Below, in pieces: positions 20,311 to 30,768 of a stretch of DNA of 64,000 nt. Source of the DNA: Patescibacteria group bacterium (GTDB taxonomy: Bacteria > Patescibacteriota > Patescibacteriia > Magasanikbacterales > JBBTQS01); NCBI GenBank assembly GCA_038065555.1, contig JBBTQS010000001.1, forward strand, positions 363,751 through 427,750, given 5' to 3'. Position numbers and translations under genes: made by a program. The notes beneath the pieces were generated by a model. The model was not told the DNA's origin. It did no database searches and saw nothing but the letters and a program-made list of their open reading frames with translations. The first letter of the stretch is position 1. Every line of letters starts with the position of its first letter.

Positions 20311-21573
20311 CTAGAGTTGACTCGTATCACGTCGCACGAGTGCTCCTGTGATCCACGCTGCAGTCACACGCACACGATTCCACCATCCTGAGAGCTGTTG
20401 CAAAAATACAATGCGACGAATGATCCACAAGAATCGACCAGAATACGTGCGATTGCCTATCTCACCTACAGCAAACCAATCACCAATTGGCATGATGTAC
20501 CCACGCTGCGTAAACGCAACAGATTCCATCGGAGATTGCTTGCGTCCCAGCACGCGCAAGAGATTGCGTGCAACAATAGGTGCAAGTGTTGCTGCTGCCT
20601 GCGCTGTTTGTGGAACAAATGGAACACCGTCCTCCTTGCCGTCTAGCGCCGCAGCATCACCCAACACAAATACATTTGAATGCCCTGGCAGGTGTAGTTG
20701 TGGTGTAATGCGAACCTGGCCTGCTGCTGTGAGGAATGTGTCAGCCAGCTTGCCCTTCATCACCGATTGCACGCCACTGCTCCAAATAGGAGTCTGCGTG
20801 AGAATGCGCTCGCCCGTTGTGAGCGTGACACTATCCTCATCAATAGCAGCTGCTCCGGTGTCGAGAAGGACTCGCACACCCAATTGTTGTAGTCGCCGAA
20901 GTGCTATAGCAGATGTTGCTTCACCAAATTGTGGCAACAATCGCGGTCCACGCTGTACCACAGTGATTCCAATTTCTTCGAGTCGAATCGATCCATATAA
21001 TCCACACAACTCATGCTGTGTGAGATCAGCGATCTGCCCTGCGAGCTCCACGCCAGTTGGGCCGCCACCAATAATGACGAATTGCAATTGTGCACGCCGC
21101 GCAGTAACACGCGTCTCTGTCGACGCCTTCTCGAATTGCTCGAGTAATCGATTGCGTAGCCGCACCGCATCGGTAAGTGTCTTGAGTGGGAATGCGTTTT
21201 TCTCTGCTCCAGGAACACCGAACCACTGCACTTTTGAGCCCAATGCTACAACGAGTACATCATACGAGAGCGTACGCTCTTCGCCATGCGCTGCATAGCT
21301 CACCTTCTTTTTTGCTGGATCCACAGCCGTCACTTCTGCTTGCAAGAAGGTATCTGAGGCGCACGAGCTCATAATTTCGCGCAGCGGCTGCACAATATGC
21401 GAGCGCTCGACGCTTCCTGTTGCCACCTCGTGCAACATCGGCGTGAAGGTGAAGAAATTGTTGCGATCAATAACAGTAATGCGCATCGCGGTATCATGTC
21501 GAGCATGATGCAACGCGCGATACACACCCACACCAGCAAATCCGCCACCAAGAATTACAATATGTTTTGCCAT
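20311..21573 (-). CDS. ndh: Type II NADH dehydrogenase / FAD-dependent oxidoreductase
   Basis: ILGGGFAG, GGGPTGVELAG, VFVLGD, PQTAQAA; start placed at MAKHIV. Confidence 0.9.
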   Translation of the reverse strand: MAKHIVILGGGFAGVGVYRALHHARHDTAMRITVIDRNNFFTFTPMLHEVATGSVERSHIVQPLREIMSSCASDTFLQAEVTAVDPAKKKVSYAAHGEERTLSYDVLVVALGSKVQWFGVPGAEKNAFPLKTLTDAVRLRNRLLEQFEKASTETRVTARRAQLQFVIIGGGPTGVELAGQIADLTQHELCGLYGSIRLEEIGITVVQRGPRLLPQFGEATSAIALRRLQQLGVRVLLDTGAAAIDEDSVTLTTGERILTQTPIWSSGVQSVMKGKLADTFLTAAGQVRITPQLHLPGHSNVFVLGDAAALDGKEDGVPFVPQTAQAAATLAPIVARNLLRVLGRKQSPMESVAFTQRGYIMPIGDWFAVGEIGNRTYSGRFLWIIRRIVFLQQLSGWWNRVRVTAAWITGALVRRDTSQL

Positions 21574-21577
21574 AAGA

Positions 21578-22747
21578 CTACAAGCTGCGAGCAATACCAG
21601 CAATGGTCAACACCGCTGCAATGGCAAATACAAGTACGACAAGTGACACACTCCACGAACCAAATCGATGATACATACGCGCCCCACCACGCGAGTGCAA
21701 CGCACGCACATACGCAATACAAATAAGCACCGCATTCATGCTCCCAAATACCGCACCAGCCACACTCATCGCAAGGATGAAGTCACGCACTCCAACGCCA
21801 ATAATCGCAATAGGAATGCCAACAGTACACGCGACAGCAATCACCTTGCGATAATGCAAATCCCACTCCAGTGCGCGGCGCATCGCATACGCCATGGTGC
21901 ACAAGGCGCCCAACATAGCCGTAAGCGCAAACAAATTACCAAAAATATGCGCGATTGGCCCAAGATATAATCCAATGCCATGCGTAGCAACCGCGGGAGT
22001 TGCCGCACCCATCACACACACCATGGTCCATGCAAAAATCAAATAGAGCACGATGGAAATACTCGAAGCCCACAGGACAGACTTGCGCAAAATGCGCGGA
22101 TGACGTGGCACAATCTCTTCGGCCGTTGCAATGGACGAGAGTCCCATGAATGCAAAGAGAATCACGCCGTATGGCATGAAGAAATTACGCCACGACGCCT
22201 GCAGAACTGGCGTGTAATTAATATGCGGAACGCTGAGCAAGAGCAACAGGAAAATCGCGAGGAAAATCAATGTCACGAACACACCATCGAGGCGTGCCAG
22301 GACTCGCGCCCCGCGCACCACCACAAACGTCATGAGCAACCACGCAATCCCCATCCACAGTTGTGGCGAGCTGTACGGAATTACCTGATGAAAAAGAAGA
22401 TCTGCAGTCGTACCAATACCAAGCAAGTACGCAACCATGGCACATACACCTGTGGCCGCCATACTCCAACCCACAAGTCTTCCTGCAGAAGGTCCAACGT
22501 ACCGTCCAACTAATCCACCAATCTGCATTGGCTCTGGAGTGATGAGAACAAGCTCACACACCATGAGATGGAGCACCAACACAATGAGTCCCAACCCGAG
22601 GACATAGAGCAGGCCCGTCGTGAGACCAACTGCCGCGACAACGTATGGAATACCAAGGACACCAGCGCCGATAATAGCGCCAAGAATCACCATGGTACTT
22701 GCAAAAAATCGATGTGGTGGAGTTGAAGGGGCTGAAGGCACACGCAA
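21578..22747 (-). CDS. Aromatic amino acid (Trp/Tyr-type, APC) permease family protein
   Basis: GAIIGAGVLGIPY, PYGVILFAF, about 11 TM; start uncertain. Confidence 0.85.
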   Translation of the reverse strand: MRVPSAPSTPPHRFFASTMVILGAIIGAGVLGIPYVVAAVGLTTGLLYVLGLGLIVLVLHLMVCELVLITPEPMQIGGLVGRYVGPSAGRLVGWSMAATGVCAMVAYLLGIGTTADLLFHQVIPYSSPQLWMGIAWLLMTFVVVRGARVLARLDGVFVTLIFLAIFLLLLLSVPHINYTPVLQASWRNFFMPYGVILFAFMGLSSIATAEEIVPRHPRILRKSVLWASSISIVLYLIFAWTMVCVMGAATPAVATHGIGLYLGPIAHIFGNLFALTAMLGALCTMAYAMRRALEWDLHYRKVIAVACTVGIPIAIIGVGVRDFILAMSVAGAVFGSMNAVLICIAYVRALHSRGGARMYHRFGSWSVSLVVLVFAIAAVLTIAGIARSL

Positions 22748-22753
22748 ACAAGG

Positions 22754-25297
22754 TTACACACCAATGAGAGATCCTTTGAAATCGCGATAGTAGAACTTGG
22801 AGTACTTATCGAGGCGACCGTTGATCGTAGACTTCGTCGAATAACTTGGTTTCTTGTCCACCTTCACTACAAACTTGTCCTGGAATCCATTGTCTGCAAA
22901 ACCATTGGAACCAAATGGATACAAATCGCCACTTTCTACATACCAACGAACGCCATTTGCCTCCACAACAACACCGTCTGGAACCACGCTGAACTCGCCA
23001 TACTCGCTACTGTTCACCGTGTACGCTGAGAAAAACGCATCTGGGAGATCGACTACGCGGCTGGCCCAATTCTTGCCGAAGTGTTTGATCGCTGCTGCCT
23101 CGCTCTTGAGCGGACGCAGCACACCACCTGGCGTTACAACATATACGCGTGGGATCGTAGGTGACTTCACCAAGTACGTTCCAGGGCGAACGAGCATTGG
23201 CATGCCCAATGGAATCTGCGACATCGTGTCCATTGAGACAACTTTTACGTTGTAGAAATTCGCAAACCAGGAATCGTACACCTTGAACATTGGAAATGCG
23301 TGACGCTTGCCATCAGATCCAAAGTAATAGACTGTCTGATCATGCGTTGTCTCCTTGTTGCTGTCATCTGGGAGCTTGATGAGATCTCCTGCGGACAACC
23401 CAGTGACATTGAGAATTGGATAGACCGAATTTGGATATCCAATGGTAATCACGTCGCTCACATAACTAGACTCAACAAGTGATGATGAGCGGAACTGCAC
23501 GTACACTGATCGCTGACCAGATCCACCAACAATGTTCCAAGCCACTGCTGTCTTGTATGGAATCCAGTTGGAGCCCTCCATAGAAGAATTGTTGCTAATG
23601 CGCATTTCTGCTGCATTGGTTGCCTTGATGGCGAGTGTCACAAGAGTACTGGTGGTGAAGTCATTGCCTTTATCAATCACTACACTCATTGACGATGGCT
23701 CCTTGGCAGCAGAGTCGAAAAGAATCGTGTCACATTCGGTTGTAGAAGTCTTCACCGAGTTACGAAATCGAACACACACCGTCTTTGTCCCCTTGCCTGA
23801 AGTGAGAGTCCATGTTTTGCTCGACGAGTAATCAATCCAGGTTGCGCTGCTGAGGTTGCTGCTGTTGGCAATTTGCATTTGCGTGGCGTTGCCTGCGTAC
23901 AAATCCAACGTAACAGACTGTGTCTTCGTGTAATTTGCCTGATTGTTGATGCGAACAGACGGATACGAAATATCACCTGGCGTCTGCGGTGTCGGTTCTG
24001 GTGTCTGCTGTTTTGGTTGCTCGGTTACTGGTGGGGTTGTTGTTACTGGCGCTGGTGTCGTCACCACAAGTGGCAACCCGATAAGTACTGGATACCGATC
24101 TGTGCTATTAGCAGAGATTGTACCAGCAACTACTCCATTTCCTGCGGAATCTTTGAGTACGCTATTAGGAGAGATTACAAACTTGAGCCTTGTACCAGCA
24201 TTCCCCGCTGACGCAGATTCTGCAAATCGAATGATCGCACGTGCGCCAAAGTTATCTGAAAAATTCGTGATGGACAAATAATTACCGCTTTGCTCCTCCA
24301 TCACACGGAAGATCACGAGCGCTTGGGACAATGTGAGTGTGCCGATGCCAACGTTCTCCGTAAAGGTAATCTCAGCCTGATCGTATGTACCATTGAGATT
24401 CGTGTCAGAAAGCACTGCAGATTTGACGCGTGGCACTGCGAGATCTTGAATCGCAGCGTCCGTGAACCCAGATGCGCTCACACCTTGCGCACTGCGCACG
24501 CTGCTGCCACTTCGCAATGAGAGTATTGGCTCTACACCATGACTGGTTGCGCTGTTGCCAGTCCCCTCATACCCATCTACCTCCAATGTCACATCACTTC
24601 CACTCACACCAACAACACGATTCAATCGAAGGCCAGTCCACGTTCCTGCATTCAATGTCCAATCAGACAAAACCTGAGCAGTTGTCGTACTAAGCGTCGT
24701 GTTGAATGTAACAATAATGCGATCTACCGAACCATCCCCTGCCGCAGGAACCATGTCGTACATTTTGATACCCACTACTCGAGGACCTGCTACTACCGTT
24801 TGTGTTGTTCCTGCCAGCACCAATGATCGAGAAACAATCACTCCAGTGCTTGCAGTCTTTGGCTGTACGAGAAGATGTGGTTGCTCTGTGGTTGGCGATC
24901 CAGTGTATCGAAGTGAGAGCCCGCTCACGGTGAGCAAACCACCTTCTCCACACGTAGGAAGACTGGTTGGCTCAAATGCAAAACCATCAGCATTCACTGT
25001 GACTGCACGAGTCGAAGCATCGCCACCAGACCAACTACCTGTGAACGTAAATGTTGCTTGACCAACAAATGATAATCCAGGAATCTGGTTACTCACACTG
25101 AGCTTGAAGCCTGATGCGATTTCATTTGCAGCCACGCACTGAATCGTGAGATCTCCGTACGAAACTGGCGACGATCCCACAGTCAATGAACCCGAATTCA
25201 CGCTCGTGGTTCTCACTGCAGCATCAGCTGGTGCTATCAAGAAGAGTGAGAACGCAACCGCACCAAGAAGTGAACCAACTGATGTGCGTTTGAACAT
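22754..25297 (-). CDS. Large secreted/surface protein with Ig-like repeats and CPR-type C-terminal domain
   Basis: Signal peptide; Ser/Thr-rich beta domains; P/T/Q linker; two ~90-aa repeats; GDLIK..YYFGSDGKRHAFP..RPGTYLVK domain. Confidence 0.85.
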   Translation of the reverse strand: MFKRTSVGSLLGAVAFSLFLIAPADAAVRTTSVNSGSLTVGSSPVSYGDLTIQCVAANEIASGFKLSVSNQIPGLSFVGQATFTFTGSWSGGDASTRAVTVNADGFAFEPTSLPTCGEGGLLTVSGLSLRYTGSPTTEQPHLLVQPKTASTGVIVSRSLVLAGTTQTVVAGPRVVGIKMYDMVPAAGDGSVDRIIVTFNTTLSTTTAQVLSDWTLNAGTWTGLRLNRVVGVSGSDVTLEVDGYEGTGNSATSHGVEPILSLRSGSSVRSAQGVSASGFTDAAIQDLAVPRVKSAVLSDTNLNGTYDQAEITFTENVGIGTLTLSQALVIFRVMEEQSGNYLSITNFSDNFGARAIIRFAESASAGNAGTRLKFVISPNSVLKDSAGNGVVAGTISANSTDRYPVLIGLPLVVTTPAPVTTTPPVTEQPKQQTPEPTPQTPGDISYPSVRINNQANYTKTQSVTLDLYAGNATQMQIANSSNLSSATWIDYSSSKTWTLTSGKGTKTVCVRFRNSVKTSTTECDTILFDSAAKEPSSMSVVIDKGNDFTTSTLVTLAIKATNAAEMRISNNSSMEGSNWIPYKTAVAWNIVGGSGQRSVYVQFRSSSLVESSYVSDVITIGYPNSVYPILNVTGLSAGDLIKLPDDSNKETTHDQTVYYFGSDGKRHAFPMFKVYDSWFANFYNVKVVSMDTMSQIPLGMPMLVRPGTYLVKSPTIPRVYVVTPGGVLRPLKSEAAAIKHFGKNWASRVVDLPDAFFSAYTVNSSEYGEFSVVPDGVVVEANGVRWYVESGDLYPFGSNGFADNGFQDKFVVKVDKKPSYSTKSTINGRLDKYSKFYYRDFKGSLIGV

Positions 25298-25333
25298 ACG
25301 AATTCGGGTTAGGTGCTATGGATTGGAAGTGTA

Positions 25334-26692
25334 CTAGTAGTTGAGACAGCGCGTAGCAGGAGACGATGTTCCTGCTGGGAACTGCAACGCCTTCGAAGAG
25401 ACAAATGACGAGAGAGTGCGCGTTGGTGAAATACAGAGCACATCATTCACAGATGCGTCCAACACGTCATACGTGACATAGAAGTCCTTCGTGCCAACCA
25501 ATTGGATAGGCGAAGTGAATGGCGAGCCAACCGTCAGCGTGTACAATCCGAGCTTGTCATCCATTCTCCATGTCTTGGCATTCAGCACTTTTTGGTACAC
25601 GAGATTGAAAGAACTAATGCTATCTTTGTAGATCTTGAGCTCACGATCACCCTGTGGGGCAAACGACGCATTCAAGTTCATTGGCAGACCCTTGAGATTT
25701 ACGACTGTTGACGAACTGCTATTGCTCACACGAAGAATTGCAATAGTCTTGTCATCCCCCATGTTCGCTGAGCCAGCTGGAGATGCGCTGCTCCAGACCA
25801 TGTTCACAGTAACAAGAGATTCTGCTGCGCTTTTCACCACTACCGCAGGCGATGGCACCTTGTTCCCTAGGTCCTTACCATCCACAATTACTTTCACGGT
25901 CTTACCAGCGTTGTCCACTACCTTGAGATCTGTCGCAAGTACGTACGGCGTGAAGGAACACCCTTCGAGAAGCTGCACGAGCTGCTGATTCGTCACTGCA
26001 GCCGATGCCATGAGTACGAGAGAGGACGACTTCCCTGCTTGCAATGTGTGTGTTCCTGTGAAATCCCACCAAACACCGTTTTGCTCTTTTGCAGTTGGGA
26101 GCTTGTTGCCAAACTGCACACCACCAGTCTCTGTCATTGCCATGAGTGAGAAGCTAACAAGCCCACAGGCATTTACTGTTGCAGGATTTTTTTCTGCCAA
26201 CTTAAGAGCAGCTCCATTGACTTTCTTTGCTTCTACGCGAATACCAATGCGCTTCAAGGTAATCGGCTGTTGGCCATAGTTGTTCAACCCAAATGCTGCA
26301 ACACGGTAGCCTCCGTTGGTTGCAACGACAAATGGCGTCTTCGAGAGATCAACAGGACCTCCGGCCATGTTCGACATGGTGAGGGCTGCTACTGGAATTC
26401 CGGATAGATCACGAGATGGCGTGGTCGTTGCTACTGTGCTTGTAGCATAACCACCTCGAGCGTTGCCATATGCCGCACGTACGTCACCATACGCTGCACG
26501 AGAATTCATGGGACGAAACTGTGCAAGATCGCGAACATTTCGTTCGCTCGAAACGCCTGCAGCTGCTGCTGCAACGCCGACAAGGGCCAAGAAGCCGACA
26601 AGCGTGCCTGCTCCCATGCGGCGCATGGAGTGTTCAGGAGTGTGCTTGTGTGCATGATTTCTCATACGTGAGTTGGGATGGTGAGATCGCAT
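25334..26692 (-). CDS. Hypothetical surface protein
   Basis: N-terminal hydrophobic helix, beta-rich Ser/Thr/Val composition; start uncertain. Confidence 0.75.
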   Translation of the reverse strand: MRSHHPNSRMRNHAHKHTPEHSMRRMGAGTLVGFLALVGVAAAAAGVSSERNVRDLAQFRPMNSRAAYGDVRAAYGNARGGYATSTVATTTPSRDLSGIPVAALTMSNMAGGPVDLSKTPFVVATNGGYRVAAFGLNNYGQQPITLKRIGIRVEAKKVNGAALKLAEKNPATVNACGLVSFSLMAMTETGGVQFGNKLPTAKEQNGVWWDFTGTHTLQAGKSSSLVLMASAAVTNQQLVQLLEGCSFTPYVLATDLKVVDNAGKTVKVIVDGKDLGNKVPSPAVVVKSAAESLVTVNMVWSSASPAGSANMGDDKTIAILRVSNSSSSTVVNLKGLPMNLNASFAPQGDRELKIYKDSISSFNLVYQKVLNAKTWRMDDKLGLYTLTVGSPFTSPIQLVGTKDFYVTYDVLDASVNDVLCISPTRTLSSFVSSKALQFPAGTSSPATRCLNY

Positions 26693-26719
26693 AAAAAGAA
26701 CGCGAGTGAATAATTGAGA

Positions 26720-27475
26720 CTAGAGAACACTGTCGAGAATCTGTTTGATCTGACTTGCTGGAAGCGCGCCAGAGAACGGAATCTTTTGGCCATCTGGAGT
26801 GAGCACGATCGTGTGCGGCGTACCCTGTACACCAGCGGCATCACCCGATGCTGCGTCTTCTGTAACCATTGCAGCCTTCGAACCACTGTCGAGACACTTG
26901 TTGAATGCCGCAACATTCACACCTACGTGCTGTGCGATCTTCGGCAATTCTGCCAAATCAAGACCATTATTAGCAGGAGTTACTTCAAAAACGCGATCGA
27001 TATACTTCCAGAACGCTGTGCTTCCACCGAGCTCTCCAGCACATTCTGCAGCCTCAGCTTCTTTTGGAGCCTTTGGGTGAATTGATGTGAGTGGATAGTG
27101 GCGATAGACCCACAATACGTTGTCCGCGTACTTCTTGTCTGCAAACACTTCACGCAATGAATTGTGGAACTGTTTGCAAAATGGGCACTCAAGATCTGAG
27201 TACTCAATCAATGTAATCTTCGCATTTTTGTTACCACGGACATAATCTCCGTCAGTAACAGGCGCTACGGTGATTTCTGCTGCTGGCTGTGTGCCAGGAT
27301 CAACCACAGATGGCGCTGCTGCGTGTTGTGCACCAGCATTGGAACTTGCTCCAACGCCACGCGTAAGTACTACTGCGAGCAAGATGAAAAAGCCAATCGT
27401 ACAAAGAACGAGAAAACCACCAACGAAGCCAAGCATGGCGCTTCGTTTGTCGAGACCCATCGGATTCTCCGGCAT
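26720..27475 (-). CDS. DsbA-family thioredoxin-fold protein
   Basis: EYSDLECPFC, YRHYPL, GVQGTP, N-terminal TM anchor. Confidence 0.93.
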   Translation of the reverse strand: MPENPMGLDKRSAMLGFVGGFLVLCTIGFFILLAVVLTRGVGASSNAGAQHAAAPSVVDPGTQPAAEITVAPVTDGDYVRGNKNAKITLIEYSDLECPFCKQFHNSLREVFADKKYADNVLWVYRHYPLTSIHPKAPKEAEAAECAGELGGSTAFWKYIDRVFEVTPANNGLDLAELPKIAQHVGVNVAAFNKCLDSGSKAAMVTEDAASGDAAGVQGTPHTIVLTPDGQKIPFSGALPASQIKQILDSVL

Positions 27476-27545
27476 AAAAAAGGAAAACATTAATGACGGG
27501 TACAGTATACAATACCAAGGGGGTAAGTTCCTAATGGGTTGTGGA

Positions 27546-28802
27546 TTACTCCTGACGAAGTGCTTCGATCGGACTCAAATTCGCGGCACGGCGAGCTGGA
27601 TACAAGCCGAATACCAATCCAATCACTGCCGAAAATCCTACGGCGATAAAAATAGAAGAAATTGAGACAGAATACACCCACGCAAGTCCGAACGACGTTG
27701 CTGCTGCGTAGATTCCATACGCCAACACCGCGCCTCCTGCTACACCAAGCAACCCACCGCCGACAGTAACAAGTACTGCCTCAGCAAGAAATTGAAAGAG
27801 AATGGTGCGTCGCGGAGCGCCGAGCGCCTTGCGCAGTCCGATTTCGAACGTGCGTTCAGCTACGGTCACATACATAATGTTCATAATACCCACACCACCT
27901 ACCACGAGCGAGATGCCAATGAGCGCCATCAGCAAAATCGTGATTCCACCTGTTACGGTCGTGAGGATTGAGGCTGCTTCGGCCGTAGTATTCACAGTAA
28001 AATCATCACGCGATGGATCTTCGATCGAGTGATTCTCACGCAAGAGTGATTGCAAGTCTTCCTTGGTTGTTGCAGCGTCATCTGCATCCTTCATTCGCGC
28101 AATAATCATCATGAAATAGTCAGTACCAAGCAACTTCTTTTGCATGGTTCGTGTAGGAATGATAATGACATCATCCATATCAATGAAGAACGCCGCACCA
28201 CGAGGCGCCGTAACACCAATCACACGAAACGGCTTGCCACGAATGGAAATAAGCGCGCCCACCGCATCCTGATCACCAAAAAGCTTTTCTTTTGCAGTAG
28301 AACCGAGCACGGCGACTTCTTGGATAGACAACTCTTCTTCACGTGTGAAAAATCGACCTTCGGTGAACTCGAGTCGATCAATATCCACCGAGCTATACCC
28401 GTAACCACTGAGCATTACTTTCTTGAGTTGTCCTTGATAACTCACGGCTTCTTGGCCATTCACGAGTCCGTAGGCCGCGAGAATATTCGGGTGCTTGCGC
28501 ACCGTCTCGAGATCTCGATCTTTGAGTGTTGTAATGACGATTCCAGATGCCTGTCCCCCGCCATTATCTGTCCCATTGGCACTTGTGCTCGGAATACGCG
28601 TCTCGATACTGAGCGTGTCACTCCCAAAGACGTCGAGCTGCCCCAACACCATACGCTCCAATCCCGCACCTGCGGCAAAAATAGTCACAACAGCACCAAC
28701 ACCAATACTCATCGCAAGCATCGTGAGAATACTTCGCGTGCGTTGGCGACGCAGAGAGTCGAATGCCTGGCGAATCAATGCAGTCCACAATCCATTATTC
28801 AT
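27546..28802 (-). CDS. MacB/FtsX-like ABC transporter permease
   Basis: RSILTMLAMSIGV, VGGVGIMNIM, ERTFEIGLRKALGA, YPARRAA..PIEALR. Confidence 0.95.
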   Translation of the reverse strand: MNNGLWTALIRQAFDSLRRQRTRSILTMLAMSIGVGAVVTIFAAGAGLERMVLGQLDVFGSDTLSIETRIPSTSANGTDNGGGQASGIVITTLKDRDLETVRKHPNILAAYGLVNGQEAVSYQGQLKKVMLSGYGYSSVDIDRLEFTEGRFFTREEELSIQEVAVLGSTAKEKLFGDQDAVGALISIRGKPFRVIGVTAPRGAAFFIDMDDVIIIPTRTMQKKLLGTDYFMMIIARMKDADDAATTKEDLQSLLRENHSIEDPSRDDFTVNTTAEAASILTTVTGGITILLMALIGISLVVGGVGIMNIMYVTVAERTFEIGLRKALGAPRRTILFQFLAEAVLVTVGGGLLGVAGGAVLAYGIYAAATSFGLAWVYSVSISSIFIAVGFSAVIGLVFGLYPARRAANLSPIEALRQE

Positions 28803-30033
28803 ATCGGAGTGCTTCAATAGGATTGAGTTTGCTCGCGCGTCGCGCTGGAATGATGCCGAAGATCAGTCCGATCGCAATCGAAACCACACACCCGAGCACA
28901 ATAGACCCTGGTGTAATCACCGTGTCCCAAGAATATCCGAGATAGCGTGCAACAAATCCTACAGAAGCCGAGATAATCGCGCCTCCGATGATACCAATAA
29001 TACCACCCGTGAGTGTGATACACGCTGTCTCAACAAGGAACTGGAACGTAATCGTTCGCGACGTTGCACCAATCGCCTTACGCAATCCAATTTCTCTCGT
29101 ACGCTCCTGCACTGCAGCCAACATGATATTCATAATTCCAATTCCTCCGACGATCAGTGAGATTGCTGCGATGGCCGCAAGGAAAAATCGCAATGCATCA
29201 GTAATCGACGTGAGTGCATCCAGCGCCTGCGTCGTCGCACGCACCGAGAAATCATCCTCTTCAGGATCATCAATCCCATGGCGATCTCGCAAAATTGCCT
29301 CAATCTCGCCAATGGACGACTCCACTGTCTCTGCATCCCGGATCTTGATGCGCATGAAGTTGATATGATTCATGCCTAACAACAATTTTTGCGCAGTGGT
29401 CACCGGAACAAAAATTTGGTTATCCTGATTCTGGAACGTTACCGTTCCTCGCTCCTCTACCACGCCAATAATCTCAAAATTAGTTCGCTTGATCTTCAGT
29501 GTCTCACCGATAGGATCCTCATCAGGAAACAACTCCTTCGCCACTTCTGATCCCAACACGACCACACGCGCCATTGCGCGCTCCTCATCTTCTGTGAAAT
29601 AGCGCCCACGTTCAATCGTCACGTCCTCGACATTTGTATACGACGCAGACGTTCCCACAAATGAGGTGTCCTTCTCCACATCCCCAATACTCACCCGATC
29701 AATCCCCTTCACGTAGGATGACACAGCCTCAATAGGCTCATACCCCGAAGTTGCAATCGCGCGTGCGTCAGCATCAGTGAGCGTCGTGATCACAATGCCA
29801 AATGCTGATGCTGGTGGACCATCTTCCTCAGATTTGCCAGGCAACACGCCGACGAGATTACTCCCCATTCCTGTGATTTGATCCAGAATGAGACTCTGCG
29901 CACCTGCACCAACAGACATGATGACGATTACTGACAAGACGCCAATAATGATACCCATCATCGTGAGGAAGGACCGCATTTTGTTGCGGGTCAACATCTG
30001 CCACACATTCTTGACGTACTCAAGAATTGGCAT
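28795..30033 (-). CDS. MacB/FtsX-like ABC transporter permease
   Basis: RSFLTMMGIIIGV, VGGIGIMNIM, ERTREIGLRKAIGA, PIEALRYE. Confidence 0.95.
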   Translation of the reverse strand: MPILEYVKNVWQMLTRNKMRSFLTMMGIIIGVLSVIVIMSVGAGAQSLILDQITGMGSNLVGVLPGKSEEDGPPASAFGIVITTLTDADARAIATSGYEPIEAVSSYVKGIDRVSIGDVEKDTSFVGTSASYTNVEDVTIERGRYFTEDEERAMARVVVLGSEVAKELFPDEDPIGETLKIKRTNFEIIGVVEERGTVTFQNQDNQIFVPVTTAQKLLLGMNHINFMRIKIRDAETVESSIGEIEAILRDRHGIDDPEEDDFSVRATTQALDALTSITDALRFFLAAIAAISLIVGGIGIMNIMLAAVQERTREIGLRKAIGATSRTITFQFLVETACITLTGGIIGIIGGAIISASVGFVARYLGYSWDTVITPGSIVLGCVVSIAIGLIFGIIPARRASKLNPIEALRYE

Positions 30034-30034
30034 A

Positions 30035-30763
30035 TTATTTCTTGAGCTCAGACGTCGCGTGCGCAATGATACGATTCTTCACCTGTTCATCATTGGTGAT
30101 AACGCCATCGCGAATGGTGAGGATGCGCTTCGCGTGCTCCGCAGTATGACGTTCGTGGGTCACGAGAATGATGGTGTGACCTGATGCGTTGAGATCTTGG
30201 ACGATTTTCATCACTTGCAGACCCGAGCGAGAATCGAGGTTACCTGTTGGCTCGTCAGCGAAGATCACTTCTGGATTATTAATGAGCGCTCGAGCGATTG
30301 CCACACGCTGCTTCTCACCACCAGAGAGTTTGCTCGGCGTGTTACCCAATCGATGGGACAAACCTACAGAGTCGAGCATTGCTGCAGCACGACGCTCACG
30401 ATCCTTGGCGCTCACGTTGGCGTAGAGCAGTGGCATCGCCACATTCTCAAGCGCGGTTGCACGTGGCAACAGATTAAATGCCTGGAACACGAAGCCAACC
30501 TTGCGATTGCGCATGGCTGCAAGCTGATCTTCTTCTAATTTGCTCACATCATCACCTTCGAAGAGATACTGACCGGAGCTCGGCGTATCGAGAAATCCGA
30601 GAATGTGCATGAGTGTGGACTTGCCCGACCCCGACGGTCCCATGATCGACACAAAATCGCCTTTTTGGATCGTGAAATTCACACCATGCAACACCGGCGT
30701 CTCAACCTCTTCATTTACATATACTTTTGCGAGGTCTCGTACTTCGATGAGCGGATGTTGCAT
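30035..30763 (-). CDS. ABC transporter ATP-binding protein (MacB/LolD-like)
   Basis: [36 protein letters not shown]. Confidence 0.97.
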   Translation of the reverse strand: MQHPLIEVRDLAKVYVNEEVETPVLHGVNFTIQKGDFVSIMGPSGSGKSTLMHILGFLDTPSSGQYLFEGDDVSKLEEDQLAAMRNRKVGFVFQAFNLLPRATALENVAMPLLYANVSAKDRERRAAAMLDSVGLSHRLGNTPSKLSGGEKQRVAIARALINNPEVIFADEPTGNLDSRSGLQVMKIVQDLNASGHTIILVTHERHTAEHAKRILTIRDGVITNDEQVKNRIIAHATSELKK

Positions 30764-30768
30764 AGAGA

